Assembly (NCBI GenBank): GCA_018985225.1
Contig: JADGIF010000659.1
Span: 1-5,423 of the forward strand
Length of the DNA: 5,423 bases
Reading direction: 5' to 3'
Source of the DNA: Amoeboradix gromovi X-113
Lineage: Eukaryota > Fungi > Sanchytriomycota
Of the stretch, positions 5,162 to 5,423 are shown one piece after another. The first letter of the stretch is position 1, and the number at the start of each line of letters is the position of its first letter. Under the pieces are notes generated by a model. That model did not search any database. It was given only the letters and a program-made list of their open reading frames with translations, and was not told the DNA's origin. A program made the translations under genes and the position numbers.

Positions 5162-5423
5162 CTACAACCTCTTCTTGCTATATTTACATCAACTTTAAAA
5201 TACAACTTCGTCAAACATGCAGACATATTCACTTAAAAACTCATTCTTTTCCCAGTTTATAACATTCTTGCAGATGGGACACCAAATATAAAAACTAGAC
5301 TAAGTCGTTTTTAAAGGAGGTGCTCCATAAGAAGGAAATACTATTATTAATAAGTCCTTTTTTTCAAACCAATTTTCTTTCATTGATGTCATTCCTTTCT
5401 TTAAAATAAAACAAGATGACCCA
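5148..5423 (-). CDS. Possible 3' end of an unidentified, perhaps short-intron-containing gene entering from the right edge
   Basis: Two minus frames are open at the edge, one to TGA after 19 codons and one to TAG at 5300-5302. Candidate GT-AG introns could extend the CDS to TAA 5148-5150, which is followed by AATAAA. No family recognised. Confidence 0.25.

Noticed and set aside
1-5423. Prokaryotic operon, CRISPR array, tRNA/rRNA or transposon
   Set aside because: Genes alternate strands and are eukaryotic nuclear types with a spliceosomal intron. No repeat-spacer array, cloverleaf, transposase or terminal repeats were seen.

Overview
AT-rich, very gene-dense eukaryotic nuclear DNA read with the standard code (TAA and TAG are stops). 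The combination of a fungal-type tryptophan-pathway enzyme, respiratory mitochondrial proteins and a motile-cilium protein suggests a zoosporic (flagellated) early-diverging fungus or close relative; this is an inference. Gene order: anthranilate phosphoribosyltransferase TRP4 (-, runs off the left edge, missing from the ORF track); an unknown, largely disordered protein with three LC8/DYNLL-type QT motifs (-); mitochondrial ribosomal protein uL23m (+); cytochrome c1 (-), split by a 19-nt GT-AG intron; a 75-aa coiled-coil protein (-); a TTC25/ODAD4-like TPR protein (+); and an unresolved, possibly spliced 3' gene end at the right edge (-). The most striking signals are the 19-nt intron, intergenic gaps down to 18 and 38 nt, poly(A)-like hexamers fused to stop codons, and a recurring ACTGTC(CC)/GACAGT element next to four start codons.
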